DNA from: TPA_inf: Saccharomyces
Lineage: Eukaryota
Length of the DNA: 64,000 nt
Reading direction: 5' to 3'
Assembly: GCA_000146045.2 (NCBI GenBank)
Contig: BK006938.2
Span: forward strand, 384,001 to 448,000
Translations under genes and position numbers: made by a program
Shown: positions 1 to 10,216 of the stretch, one piece after another
Position numbering within the stretch: the first letter of the stretch is position 1
How the letters are laid out: every line of letters starts with the position of its first letter
Notes under the pieces: model-generated
Seen by the model: the letters and a program-made list of their open reading frames with translations, nothing else
What the model was told of the DNA's origin: nothing
Database searches by the model: none

Positions 1-600
1 GTCAACTGAAGTAGCAACGTCACTTGAGCTAGTTAGATCTGTTGATGTGGTTACCTCGTCAGAGCTTCTTGTACGATACATAGCCGCTAAACTTGATGAG
101 GCGTGTGGATCATCCGATGTAGTATACTCAATTGAAGATGTAGAGTCTGTGGAAGTAGAAATGGTAACAGAGCTACTTGGATCAGCTGGGCTAGTTTGAA
201 CGGCCGAAGTAGTTGAATCAGCTGGAGTAGTTGGGTTAATTGAAGTAGTCACAGCATTTGAACTAGTTGGGTCTGCTGAACTTGAACTGATAACAGAGCT
301 ACTTAGATCAGCTGAACTTGAACTGACTACGGAAGTAGTTGGATCAGCTGAAGTAGTTTGAACGGTCGAGGTAGTTGGGTCAGCTGAAGTAGTTGGGTCA
401 ACTGAAGTAGTTGGATCAACTGAAGTAGAACTGACTATAGAACTAGTTGGGTCAACTGAAGTAGTTGGATCAACAGAAGTAGTTTGAACGGTCGAGGTAG
501 TTGGATCAGCTGAAGTATTTGGGTCAACTGAAGTAGTTGGGTCAACTGAAGTAGTCACAGCGCTTGAACTAGTTGGGTCTTCTGAACTTGAACTTACTAC
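1..600 (-). CDS. Partial Ser/Thr-rich ORF, open to the window edge and in frame directly after the BSC1 TAA stop. Corresponds to the YDL038C/PRM7-type mucin-like region
   Basis: I checked every minus-strand codon from 600 down to 1 and found no stop. It encodes S/T/V/D-rich repeats like the BSC1 C-terminus, with imperfect 18-bp repeat units (gtagttgggtcaactgaa). Confidence 0.5.
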
Positions 601-1587
601 TTAAGTGGTTGGATCAACAGAAGTAGTTTGAATGGTTGAACTGGTTACATCGCTTGAACTACTAGAGTCACTTGAAGTGAAACTGCTGAAAGGACTAGTT
701 GAAGCTGCTAATGTGGTGACATCAGTAGATGTTCTTGAACGATAAATATCGGCTACGCTTGATGAAGTATGTGAGTCAACGGAAGTAGTAAAATCAATGG
801 ATGTAGTGGAAGAGCTTTTCACAGTAGATGACGTAGTAGTGGAAGTTTTCGTAGAGGATGAAGTAGTAGAGGATGAAGTAGTAGAGGATGAAGTAGTAGA
901 GGATGAAGTAGTAGAGGATGAAGTAGTAGAGGATGAAGTAGTAGAGGATGAAGTAGTAGAGGATGAAGTAGTAGAGGATGAAGTAGTAGAGGATGAAGTA
1001 GTAGAGGATGAAGTAGTAGAGGATGAAGTAGTAGTGGATGAAGTAGTAGTGGATGAAGTAGTAGTGGATGAAGTAGTAATGGATGAAGTAGTAATGGATG
1101 AAGACGAGGCTTTTGTACAAGTGCCATCATTGTTTCCCTTGCACTGGTAGGTCCAATAAAATCCAGGGAAATCCGTTTGTGAGTGGCCTTGATTGTCATA
1201 ATTGTTACAACCTGTCGATAAATCGAAGGTGGTTGTCCCCCATTGCCAAGTTTGCCAGTACTGAGCAGCATCACCTTGTAGATATTCGAACTGGATTTGG
1301 AAATTTGGCATCCAAACTGTGCAACCGTCAGAAGAAGGGTAAGCATAAACCTGAAAAGTGGATGTAAAATCTGTTGGATCACTGATTAGGTATGTCTTCT
1401 CATTTTTGCCGTAAAGTTGTACGGTGCTTGAGGGACCGTTGACACCAATAATCTTTAAAGACCATAAATATTTCAAAGGGATATCTTTTACGGCTTTGAC
1501 ATGAATAGTAATCTGGTATGTGTTATCCTTGACCCATGATACGGAAGTAACATCCATATCATAATGTAGTATATTCTGTTGGCTCAT
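601..1587 (-). CDS. BSC1: BSC1 (YDL037C), a flocculin/Flo11-like Ser/Thr-rich cell-surface protein. The ORF ends at a TAA (603..601) and the frame stays open past it
   Basis: 328 codons from ATG (plus-strand cat at 1585-1587) to TAA. N-terminal globular part, then (TTSSS)n low-complexity tail. Gene order matches chromosome IV. Confidence 0.7.
   Translation of the reverse strand: MSQQNILHYDMDVTSVSWVKDNTYQITIHVKAVKDIPLKYLWSLKIIGVNGPSSTVQLYGKNEKTYLISDPTDFTSTFQVYAYPSSDGCTVWMPNFQIQFEYLQGDAAQYWQTWQWGTTTFDLSTGCNNYDNQGHSQTDFPGFYWTYQCKGNNDGTCTKASSSSITTSSITTSSTTTSSTTTSSTTTSSSTTSSSTTSSSTTSSSTTSSSTTSSSTTSSSTTSSSTTSSSTTSSSTTSSSTTSSSTKTSTTTSSTVKSSSTTSIDFTTSVDSHTSSSVADIYRSRTSTDVTTLAASTSPFSSFTSSDSSSSSDVTSSTIQTTSVDPTT
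830..1100. repeat. 15-bp coding minisatellite (gaggatgaagtagta)n, about 16 copies with variants. Encodes (TTSSS)n on the minus strand
   Basis: Direct tandem repetition visible in the sequence. It generates spurious ORFs in every frame. Confidence 0.9.
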
Positions 1588-3512
1588 GTGCCAGTTGAAA
1601 TCCAAATTTGGACAACCATTGATAGCAACGCTTTCGTCTCTTTTGCTTAGATCAAATGAAGGGCTCACCTTGTCATCAATTCTATCAGCAGTCGCTGAAT
1701 TTGTGAGCAAGGCCGCAAATAGGAGGCAAAATGATATTAGTAGTTTTCTTATGAATGATGTGGATACCTATTTTACACTTTTGCAACAAGGGGAGGAAAA
1801 TTGCCAAGACCATCATGACATTGGAGGAAGTGATTTGCTTCTCTTAAATATAAAATAATTAAACGATCATGGAGATGCAGCGAACTAATGTGAAAAATTT
1901 TTCTTTCCAGTAGTATCGGTTATTCTGTAAGCATAGAATCGGGTATTAGTGGCTTGTTCCGAGCTTTTTTTCTTTGCCAATAAGAAAACAAGTAAAATGC
2001 AACGTGCAAATGCTGATCTGATCTCGCCTGGGCCAGTTTTATCGTCATGTGCGCGTGTAGGCACGAAAAAAAAGAAAAGACCGCTACCTCTCCTTCTAAA
2101 ATGACAGGAGGAGAATATAAGGTTTGGCAGCCCCTTGAAAGAGCCGCAGGAACCAAAAAAAAAAGAAGGAAAGTTTATTTTTTTCTTTTTCCAAAAGACT
2201 TTTTAAGATGTTTGTCAGCAAGATAATACAGGACCTACACGACTATCAGTCACAGCCAGAGAAACGTTTGTCGTATGATGGCAAAATATTTTTCCCACAA
2301 CTTTGAAATTATTTTCAAATATGGCAGAACAGTTTAACATTTGGTTTCAAGAGGTAGCACAAGTTCTTGAATAGTATTTGTTCGCGTTAAGATGGAAGCA
2401 GGCCAAATGCCCCAATAATCTAATAACCGTATTTTCTATGCTAAAGGAGGAACGAACACTCGGTCTTGTACAGGCAGCTCTAAAAGGAAAATTTCCATCC
2501 CCCCAGGCCAAGAAAATCAGAATCATATGGCCCCCTTCCATTCTAACGGAATAGTATATCAAAGAAATAATGTTTACGTAAGCCATAGACAAGCGATATA
2601 ATCTTTTTTATCCTTAAACTAGGTGCTTCATTAAGAAAGAAGAAGAAAAGAAGAAAGTACGACAAAGACTCCCCGCTGGACAATAAACGGGGGCGGCAGG
2701 TGTTAATTCCGAATTGAAATTTAAATTTGACATAAGCAAAGTTTAAAGTTTTTTTTTTCCAGTTCTTTTTTCCCATCGTTTTTTTTTCTAGAAGCCGGGT
2801 TTTTCACCGTCAAAAAATTTCCTAAAAAAGATCTGTCAATCATTAAGTTTTGCTTTTTCGGCTTTTAAGCCATGCTTTCAGGCAAAAATTAAGATTTCTT
2901 CGTAAAGATCGGAGCCTTACGCCCAAGAAGCAACTGGCCGTAAAATTTTTTCTTCGATCGGGTGGCAAATGGAACAGAAGATCATGAGTAGAAGGAAAAG
3001 TAAACAAAGAATTGCGTCGGTCAACCGGTTGTTGCTGCGTGCTTCAGCGGGTGATAAATAAAAGATTTCCTATCTGAGTAATCGATGACACAAGCGGTCT
3101 GCGCTCGGTCGCTTCCAAGCCTTAACAAAGTTTTTACTTTATGGTTTTTAATAAATAAATAAAAAGAAACGTGGATTTGGATAGCAGAAAGCCTCGAAGA
3201 TCATTTTATCAATGAAATTTTATGGTTAACACTTTCAAGACTCCGATTTTCTCTGCTACGTGAAATTTTAGGTTGCGAAAAGAATACTACCGGGAATACT
3301 AGGAGTGTGGAAGAAAAGAAATGGAAAAGAAAAGGAGAAGTGGTCATTCTTCACATCTCATTGTCTTCCTCCTGTAAAGATTTTAGCTTTTTTATAAATT
3401 AAGATTAAGATTGTAGCGTGATGTTCTGTTACTGTCATTTTTGATTGGCCAATGACTGATTATAACAGAAGACCAGTTTTCTATGTATTATTGTCCGACA
3501 AGTCAGGAACCT

Positions 3513-4901
3513 CTATCTTCTCAGAGCCCATTCTGGATACTCTGTTTTGTAGCACCACTTTTTCTTTTCGGTTCCTTCTTCAGTCTCAGTTGATTCGTAT
3601 AGATAGGCATGTAACCACAGATCAAGATCATTGGGGCCAGGATCAGTATACAAATCAGATTCACAAATAGAACATTTTTCTTGCCTTAATACCTCACCGT
3701 ACCCGCCATTACTATGGAACCAACTTTTAGCAGGTTTTCTTTTCCCTATTTCGTCTAGCTTAGTAATAACTATATCGAAGTCAGCCTGGCCGCCTTTTCC
3801 GAGATTGTTACCCCATACTTCATCATTGGAATAAATAGGATCGTTAGCAATTGGGTGGCCTAAGTACTGTAAATGTACTCTAATTTGATGTGATCGCCCG
3901 GTAAGCGGTTTGCACTTTACAATACTCGTTTTACCGTCGTAGCTGATTCTGTTAAAAACAGTTTTTGCATGTTTGGCTCCTTTCTCGTCCATTTGACAAA
4001 CTGCATTAAGAGCAAGCCTTGGCTCGATCAGTTTTAGAGGTTTTTCAACAATTACTTCCGTTTCTGGAAATTCTCCAACTACCTTGGCCACGTATTCCTT
4101 AGTGACTTCTCGAGCTTTTAGTTGATCGCCGATATTATCGGCTCCCTTCGGAGTTTTTGCCAAAAACATTAATCCACTTGTAAGCCTATCTAACCTATTA
4201 CATGGGTTCACAACAAATCCGAGATTATTTTGAAGCATTTTCGTAATTGTATTGAACCGATATCGGCCAGTTGGGTGAACAGGTATACCGCTCGGTTTAT
4301 CAATAACCATTATGTTATCATCTTCAAAAATAACTTTGATAGGCCTGGAAGTGACTGGAGGTTCATGTCTATGTACCTGATGCGTAATCAGGTCACCATT
4401 GCGAATTACAGTAGATAAGTCCGCAGTTTCATCGTTTATATGAACGTCCCCGTTTTCGATTGTTCTTTTATAATATTCAGATTCACGATCTCGAAATTCA
4501 GATATAAAGACATCAACCAATTTTTTATCTCTCCAACGCTCTTTGCAAAAGGTCCTGTACGTAAAATGGTAGGGCTTGATTTTCCTTAGAGGGCCATCGA
4601 TGACAATTTCATACTCTGGATCTAGTTGTCTATGTTTCTCTTTTTTGCTGCCTATCGTTCGTGATTGAAAAGTAGATTTATTAATCAAATCTGGCGATTT
4701 TTTTGATTGAGTTCGCTTTATTTTTTTTTTCTTTTGAATTTCCCTCTCTCTTTCAACCTCATTTTGCAAATGTTCATCAAACTCATTTGAGGTTGCATTA
4801 CCTGCAAAAGCAAGACCTGCAGATAATGCATTCCTTTTGAGTTGTCGAGCCATTATTACTGGCACTGTAAACAAATTTCTTAACCTATTATTTCTTTGCA
4901 T
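3513..4901 (-). CDS. PUS9: RluA-family pseudouridine synthase Pus9 (YDL036C)
   Basis: 462 aa. Catalytic motif [16 protein letters not shown] (HRLD..TSG). ATG confirmed at 4901..4899. Confidence 0.85.
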   Translation of the reverse strand: MQRNNRLRNLFTVPVIMARQLKRNALSAGLAFAGNATSNEFDEHLQNEVEREREIQKKKKIKRTQSKKSPDLINKSTFQSRTIGSKKEKHRQLDPEYEIVIDGPLRKIKPYHFTYRTFCKERWRDKKLVDVFISEFRDRESEYYKRTIENGDVHINDETADLSTVIRNGDLITHQVHRHEPPVTSRPIKVIFEDDNIMVIDKPSGIPVHPTGRYRFNTITKMLQNNLGFVVNPCNRLDRLTSGLMFLAKTPKGADNIGDQLKAREVTKEYVAKVVGEFPETEVIVEKPLKLIEPRLALNAVCQMDEKGAKHAKTVFNRISYDGKTSIVKCKPLTGRSHQIRVHLQYLGHPIANDPIYSNDEVWGNNLGKGGQADFDIVITKLDEIGKRKPAKSWFHSNGGYGEVLRQEKCSICESDLYTDPGPNDLDLWLHAYLYESTETEEGTEKKKWCYKTEYPEWALRR

Positions 4902-5171
4902 AAGTTTCCTATTCCATTATACGAGCACTCATCCATTTTCAAAAGTTTTTTATGAACTTTTTCTTAACTCGGTCTTTTGTTCTCTAATGGTTCGCCGCCA
5001 GACAGAAAAAAAGCTTACTTATCGAGGAATCACATTGCTTCAATGAATAAATTCTATAATGCATATACTACCTAACATATATAAGAGAAGTGAGCGTCAT
5101 TCATGTCGGCTACTTGTCAATTTGTATTACGTTCCTTACTTTCCATTTTCAAACATCGCGATACAAAAACT

Positions 5172-8057
5172 TTATAATGGTCCATTTCTTAAGAAGGCTA
5201 TCAAATCTATGCCGCTACTATCACTACTATCATTATCGTTCTGCGCCTCAATTATTGGATCAGGAGTCGTACCTGGTATTGTGGGCTTGACCAGATAATT
5301 TTCAGATGCACTAGCATCTGAATAGCGTAAATTCTTATCCTCTTCAATGCTATTCTCATCATCGTTTGTGACAATATTGCTTGAAAAGAAGCTGGATTTG
5401 ACCATACTGTTAGTTGAGACGTCCTGATGTTTATCGTGACTTTTATTTTGGTTTAATGCAAATTTCAACCCGGGTAGAGAAAAATGGTCGTTATTGTACC
5501 GTATTTTCAACAATCTGTTTAACTCATCAAGATCTATTCCGCCAAGCATTGGAATATGATGAATGATCCTCCAAAACAAGGGCACTTCAACCTCTTCGGC
5601 CGTGATGTTATTAAGCATTGCCTGTAGTTCAAGTGAATTTGATGGAAGGGAGCGATCGCTACTATTCGTTTTAGTCTCATCAGATTCTGTGCGTTTATTA
5701 TCGTTTGAATCTTTGGCTGAATAGTAGTTTTCCCAGTATTCAAAATCGTCACAATTGTCATAAAAACTAAAGTGTAGTTTTAGTTCAAACAATTGTTTAA
5801 AGAAGCGTTCAACAAACCACAGTATACGCTTCAGAGGGTTTGTAGAATATTTCCAGCATTTTCTTTTCTTCCACTTACCACGATAATACCAACCTCTTTT
5901 CCCCCAATTGCTGTGACAAAACTTCAGAATTTCCTTTTCACCAAGCTCTCCTTTCAGAATATATTTTTCAATGAGATATTTTGATTCTGTTTTTGCCCAT
6001 GAATAGTTCCAAGGTTTTTCCTTGAACAGGTAAACAATGACGTCGACGAGACAACTTAATGGTCGAACGCAAGTGTCAATGTATGTCACCCACATGGTAG
6101 GCCCATGCTTTATTTCATGATTGTATTGCAACGCATCTGCAATGATGGGGAAAAGCCATATCCCAATATACGACAGTGGATAAATGAATATTGCCCTTAG
6201 ATTCTTTTGAATTTGTGCCCTACGTTTTTTCATTTGTTTGTAGGTTTGGGCTTGGAAATGCTGTTGTACGTTGGTGAAACTTGAATTTTCGCATCTGTCT
6301 GCATTATTATTCACTCTCTCCTGTGAAAATTGTTGAGACGGAGTAAATGCTTCATTAGAAAGTGTAGGAATATTATCGGCTGGATTAGTATTATTGTTAT
6401 CAACGTTATTTTTAATATTATTACTATTATTATTATTATTGTTGTTGTTGTTGTTATTGTTATTATTATTGTTATTATTATTATTGTTATTATTATTATT
6501 GTTATTATTATTATTGCTATTATTGTTATCGTTATCGTTATCGTTATTGTTGTTGTTGTCGTCGTCGTCGTTGTTACTGTTGTTGTTGATGATGCCTCCT
6601 TTTTCCTTAATGTTACTAGTTATGTCGCTGTTATCGTTCTTATTATCATACATTGCTAAAGGAGATTCTAGAGAATTTTGGCAAGAGAAAGTCTGATGTC
6701 CCAGCATTGAACTTTTTCTTGTATCCAGTCCTTCATTTTCAACACTAAAAGTAACTTTATGCTCCTTTTGCTTGGATACTAGTTCCGAAGGATTGAGTGT
6801 GATGTCATTTTCACAATCAAAAGGATTATTTCTTTCCAAATCTGGCTGTTCAGACATTGCATATTTGGACATATCGAGTGGTTTAGCACTGTTATAGTCA
6901 AGTAAGCGAACTCCACCACTTGCCGAGACATTCTCATCACTACCTGTATTTGTTTTTCTGAATAGTGTAGGTATCTCATTCGAACTCTCACCAAAATTGA
7001 AAGTTCCATTACTACTACCTGAATCGTCTGTTTCCTCATTCGGATCTATGAACGAAATGGTGAAAAAATTCTTTAAATTTCTCAAAAGATGTAGCAATGG
7101 CAATTTAAAATAGGATCTGAAATACCATTTGGCTTTTCCCCAGTGACCGAGCCCAAATAATTTTTTCTTTTCTTTCTCTTCCTCTAGTACGTTATGGTTA
7201 AAGTCTCCAATTTGCGCTTTAATTCTTTTACTTTCACTGGTAATGAAAATATAAATACTGAGGTAGACTGCAAATATGAAAATAATAATGAAATATCTGG
7301 GACCCCAGCTTAAAACAATTTTATACCAGTACGGCTTGGGTGGTAAATAGCACCATGCACTCCAAGGTTTGTAGCCACCTTGCCTGGGAGAATCGGGAAA
7401 GTTGTAGTTATTATTATCCAGTATAATAGTGGTGTCAGAATCGTCATTGAGTTTATTATAATTAATGAAGGCTAAGCTTGCTAAAATGGCAGGTACTAAT
7501 GCAGTAATTGGCCAGATATATGACCTTTTTTTGTACAAGCCACCCTCCATATTTCCCGATCTTTTATTTCGCCATTTCCAATTAGGCTTGAAGATCAAAA
7601 TAGCAAAATGTATGGCGAATATCATTATGGCCATGTCTGCACCTTCGATGGCAAAGGCCGTAAACCAACCCAAGGTATTAAAAAATGCAGGTGTTGCATA
7701 CACACTATTATTAATAAGGATAATCATGGGATAAATCATCAGAATAAAAGCTTTAAGAAAGTCGCAAATTATCAAAAATGCGATGAGATCATGTCTGAAG
7801 ACTTTTCGTCTCTTATCCATTTTAGAAAGGAAGAACATTCCGAGGCAACCGGCAATAAGGGACACGGCAGACGCAGTTATAGCTATTATTCTTAACTGCA
7901 ACAGTTGCGGAGCCGTGAATGTAGAGGTCATCCCCGGCAACCCCAGCAGCTGGTTAACCGTGGTAGTGTTAAGCTGTCGGAGAGAATCAACTCTCTTTTC
8001 TAGTAAGGATGACCCTTTCAACGCGTTTAAATTCGGGGGAAATCCCTCAGTTATCAT
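5172..8057 (-). CDS. GPR1: Glucose-sensing G-protein-coupled receptor Gpr1 (YDL035C)
   Basis: 961 aa. Hydrophobic TM helices at both ends and a huge Asn-rich third loop. Length and position match GPR1. Confidence 0.9.
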   Translation of the reverse strand: MITEGFPPNLNALKGSSLLEKRVDSLRQLNTTTVNQLLGLPGMTSTFTAPQLLQLRIIAITASAVSLIAGCLGMFFLSKMDKRRKVFRHDLIAFLIICDFLKAFILMIYPMIILINNSVYATPAFFNTLGWFTAFAIEGADMAIMIFAIHFAILIFKPNWKWRNKRSGNMEGGLYKKRSYIWPITALVPAILASLAFINYNKLNDDSDTTIILDNNNYNFPDSPRQGGYKPWSAWCYLPPKPYWYKIVLSWGPRYFIIIFIFAVYLSIYIFITSESKRIKAQIGDFNHNVLEEEKEKKKLFGLGHWGKAKWYFRSYFKLPLLHLLRNLKNFFTISFIDPNEETDDSGSSNGTFNFGESSNEIPTLFRKTNTGSDENVSASGGVRLLDYNSAKPLDMSKYAMSEQPDLERNNPFDCENDITLNPSELVSKQKEHKVTFSVENEGLDTRKSSMLGHQTFSCQNSLESPLAMYDNKNDNSDITSNIKEKGGIINNNSNNDDDDNNNNNDNDNDNNNSNNNNNNNNNNNNNNNNNNNNNNNNNNNNNNSNNIKNNVDNNNTNPADNIPTLSNEAFTPSQQFSQERVNNNADRCENSSFTNVQQHFQAQTYKQMKKRRAQIQKNLRAIFIYPLSYIGIWLFPIIADALQYNHEIKHGPTMWVTYIDTCVRPLSCLVDVIVYLFKEKPWNYSWAKTESKYLIEKYILKGELGEKEILKFCHSNWGKRGWYYRGKWKKRKCWKYSTNPLKRILWFVERFFKQLFELKLHFSFYDNCDDFEYWENYYSAKDSNDNKRTESDETKTNSSDRSLPSNSLELQAMLNNITAEEVEVPLFWRIIHHIPMLGGIDLDELNRLLKIRYNNDHFSLPGLKFALNQNKSHDKHQDVSTNSMVKSSFFSSNIVTNDDENSIEEDKNLRYSDASASENYLVKPTIPGTTPDPIIEAQNDNDSSDSSGIDLIAFLRNGPL
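6395..6600. repeat. Imperfect AAT/AAC trinucleotide tract (plus strand shows ATT/GTT) encoding the poly-Asn/Asp loop of Gpr1
   Basis: Long run of att/gtt triplets. The poly-I/V/L ORFs on the opposite strand are artefacts. Confidence 0.9.
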
Positions 8058-8146
8058 TTTGAGTTGGAGAGTTTGCTTTATTCGTCACACTTCGGATCAC
8101 TTGTTTGTCGTTTTTTTTTTTTGGTGACTCTTACTGCTTTTTATAG

Positions 8147-8170
8147 ACACACACACACACACACACACAC
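8147..8170. repeat. (CA)12 dinucleotide microsatellite in the GPR1 upstream / SLM3 downstream intergenic region
   Basis: acacacacacacacacacacacac visible in the sequence. Confidence 0.95.
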
Positions 8171-8658
8171 ACCTTCTTCTGGATACCGTAGAGAAAGGGA
8201 TGTAGACAAATAAAAAAGGACAAAAGCTAGAAAAAAGACGGAAGAGGACGTGCGATTGCGTTGAATATGACCTTCGCAAATAAATATTAATAAATATGAC
8301 GTTTTTGCCGCAATGCTAATTCTATAACCCACTCCTTCGTTGCCTTCTATGCTTTAATTAAACAATGGGTCCGGCTCAAACCTGGAAGGAAGATTTATAA
8401 ATCTTGAAAAGAAAAAAAAGTGTGATTTAAAAAAATGAAAAAGAAAAACAAGAGGGCAAAAAAAAATGAACTACTTATTGAGACATGATTCAAGGGAAAA
8501 GACCTTCATATATACAGATTACTTTTCGAAATGGTCAGCCGCTTCATGAGCTCTTCTTGGCTGTATCGTACCACCGTGGTTCAATTAGGCAAGTATGTTG
8601 CTAAGATTAATTGCTGCGGCGCATCGTATAAGGTGATATACTAAATTCATTATCATCA

Positions 8659-9912
8659 CTATGCATGGGTGTCATTATTATTAACATGGGAAATGGGCCC
8701 ACTCCCAAGGACTCTATCGTCGATATATAGACAGCACGATTGCCCAGGAGTTATGGCACGTTGTTTTGAGGCTAAGTGTATTGTTATGTCGAGGTTGTCG
8801 GCAGAGCGATTCAGTTTGCACGATTTAATTTGGACTGGGACCTGCAGGGACCGGAATTGTAATGTCAAGGCACCAGTATTTTGGAAAGCGTTTATAGTGT
8901 CCTCCCTGGGGCCCAAAGACGAAAAGTTTTCGATTCGCATAGTGTCACTGTATAGCGCCGGATTATCTCTTCCTCTGACTATCAAGATTTCGTTGGTATC
9001 CCTTAGTTTTTCACTGACAAACCAGGTCCCTTGGTAATTAGGGTCAGCTTGTGGCATGGATATGCCCACTTTCTGTCCAATTGTGTAAGACCACAATCCA
9101 TCGTGTCTGCCCCATGTCGTTTTGGCACCGGATTGTGGGTCAACGGTAATGATATCACCCGGTGAACTGGGTAGGTAGTGCTTTAAAAAATTCTTGAACT
9201 TCCCATGCTGGGAATTGTTGACGAAGCATATGCCCTGTGAATCAGGCTTTTCTGCAGTCGGGAGGCCTGCATACTTCGCTAAATCTCGTACTTCTGGTTT
9301 CGTTAGATGGCCAATGGGTAGCAACAAAGATGACAAAACAGTGGAGTTGATTTGTGAAAGGTAATAGCTTTGATCCTTGGGCCTATAAATGCTTCTCAGT
9401 AAATGGAATAATCCTTTTCCATTCATTTCCTGCATAACTCGGGCGTAATGACCAGTAACAAGCCAATAGTTACCCGTCCCATACTTCTCATCCAGCCACT
9501 CTCTCAGCTTGCCGAACTTGACGAACTTGTTGCAACCGATATCTGGATTGGGTGTCGACCCTTCACTGTAGCCTCTCAACATTGGTTCAAATACATCTAT
9601 CCAATAATCTTGCTCAAAATTAACTTTGTCAACTCGGATGTTCAAATGCTTAGCGACACGGTTCACATCTCTCCAATCCCTCTCGTAGCATGGCTCCTTG
9701 CCAGGGTCGTCCAAAGATTGTGATTCAGACCAGTTCTGCATATATACTCCTCGGGTATTTGGAAATTCTCCGGCAAATAGTGCTGCCGCCACAGAGGAAT
9801 CTACCCCAGATGACATTGCCACTATCACGTTGTCAAACTTTGCCGGTAGCCGCTGTGGTCTGTACGGTGAAGCACTCCTCCGTCCTATTAAATTTAAATA
9901 TCTTGCCAGCAT
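8659..9912 (-). CDS. SLM3: Mitochondrial tRNA 2-thiouridylase (MnmA/TrmU family), Slm3/Mtu1 (YDL033C)
   Basis: PP-loop SGGxDS motif (AMSSGVDSSVAA). 417 aa from the second in-frame ATG (9912), matching the known length. The track ORF starts 9 codons upstream. Confidence 0.8.
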   Translation of the reverse strand: MLARYLNLIGRRSASPYRPQRLPAKFDNVIVAMSSGVDSSVAAALFAGEFPNTRGVYMQNWSESQSLDDPGKEPCYERDWRDVNRVAKHLNIRVDKVNFEQDYWIDVFEPMLRGYSEGSTPNPDIGCNKFVKFGKLREWLDEKYGTGNYWLVTGHYARVMQEMNGKGLFHLLRSIYRPKDQSYYLSQINSTVLSSLLLPIGHLTKPEVRDLAKYAGLPTAEKPDSQGICFVNNSQHGKFKNFLKHYLPSSPGDIITVDPQSGAKTTWGRHDGLWSYTIGQKVGISMPQADPNYQGTWFVSEKLRDTNEILIVRGRDNPALYSDTMRIENFSSLGPREDTINAFQNTGALTLQFRSLQVPVQIKSCKLNRSADNLDITIHLASKQRAITPGQSCCLYIDDRVLGSGPISHVNNNDTHA

Positions 9913-10079
9913 TGTTATCTGACTTGAATCGATTGCCAAATCAATACGCTCACATTTTTAACGTTCTTGTATGTTTCCAAACTTTCATTCTTTTACAATA
10001 AAGCAATGTTTTGCCTCAACTATTGAAAGAAAAAAATAAGAGACCAATTGTTACTACCCGGCGCTCTTAAAATTTTCAA

Positions 10080-10089
10080 GCGATGAGAT
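10080..10089 (+). promoter_or_regulatory. PAC element (GCGATGAGAT) about 130 bp upstream of DBP10, with an adjacent RRPE-like AAAATTTT (10069-10077)
   Basis: Exact match to the ribosome-biogenesis PAC consensus GCGATGAGMT. Confidence 0.6.
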
Positions 10090-10216
10090 GAAATTCATAC
10101 AAAATGGCTTTACAGAGAGTTACTAGTACTTCACTAACTTCCTACTGCTTGAAGTAAAGTCACTAAAAGTACTTTTGTCATTTAAGTTACCACCACATAT
10201 CTCTTTAACCTAGAAT

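Noticed and set aside
794-1382. Track ORFs 794..1120(-), 797..1150(+), 819..1382(-), 1098..1367(+) with repetitive poly-YYFIH/EVVED/HPLLL translations
   Set aside because: Alternative-frame and antisense read-throughs of the 15-bp BSC1 minisatellite. They are compositionally absurd and nested inside a better ORF.
6330-6696. Poly-Ile/Val and poly-Leu ORFs on the plus strand
   Set aside because: Antisense translation of the GPR1 AAT/AAC array. Not genes.
8669-9037. 122-aa plus-strand ORF antisense to SLM3 (YDL034W-like), and 9690..10001(+)
   Set aside because: Completely overlaps a conserved gene on the other strand, with no recognisable features. Classic dubious ORF.
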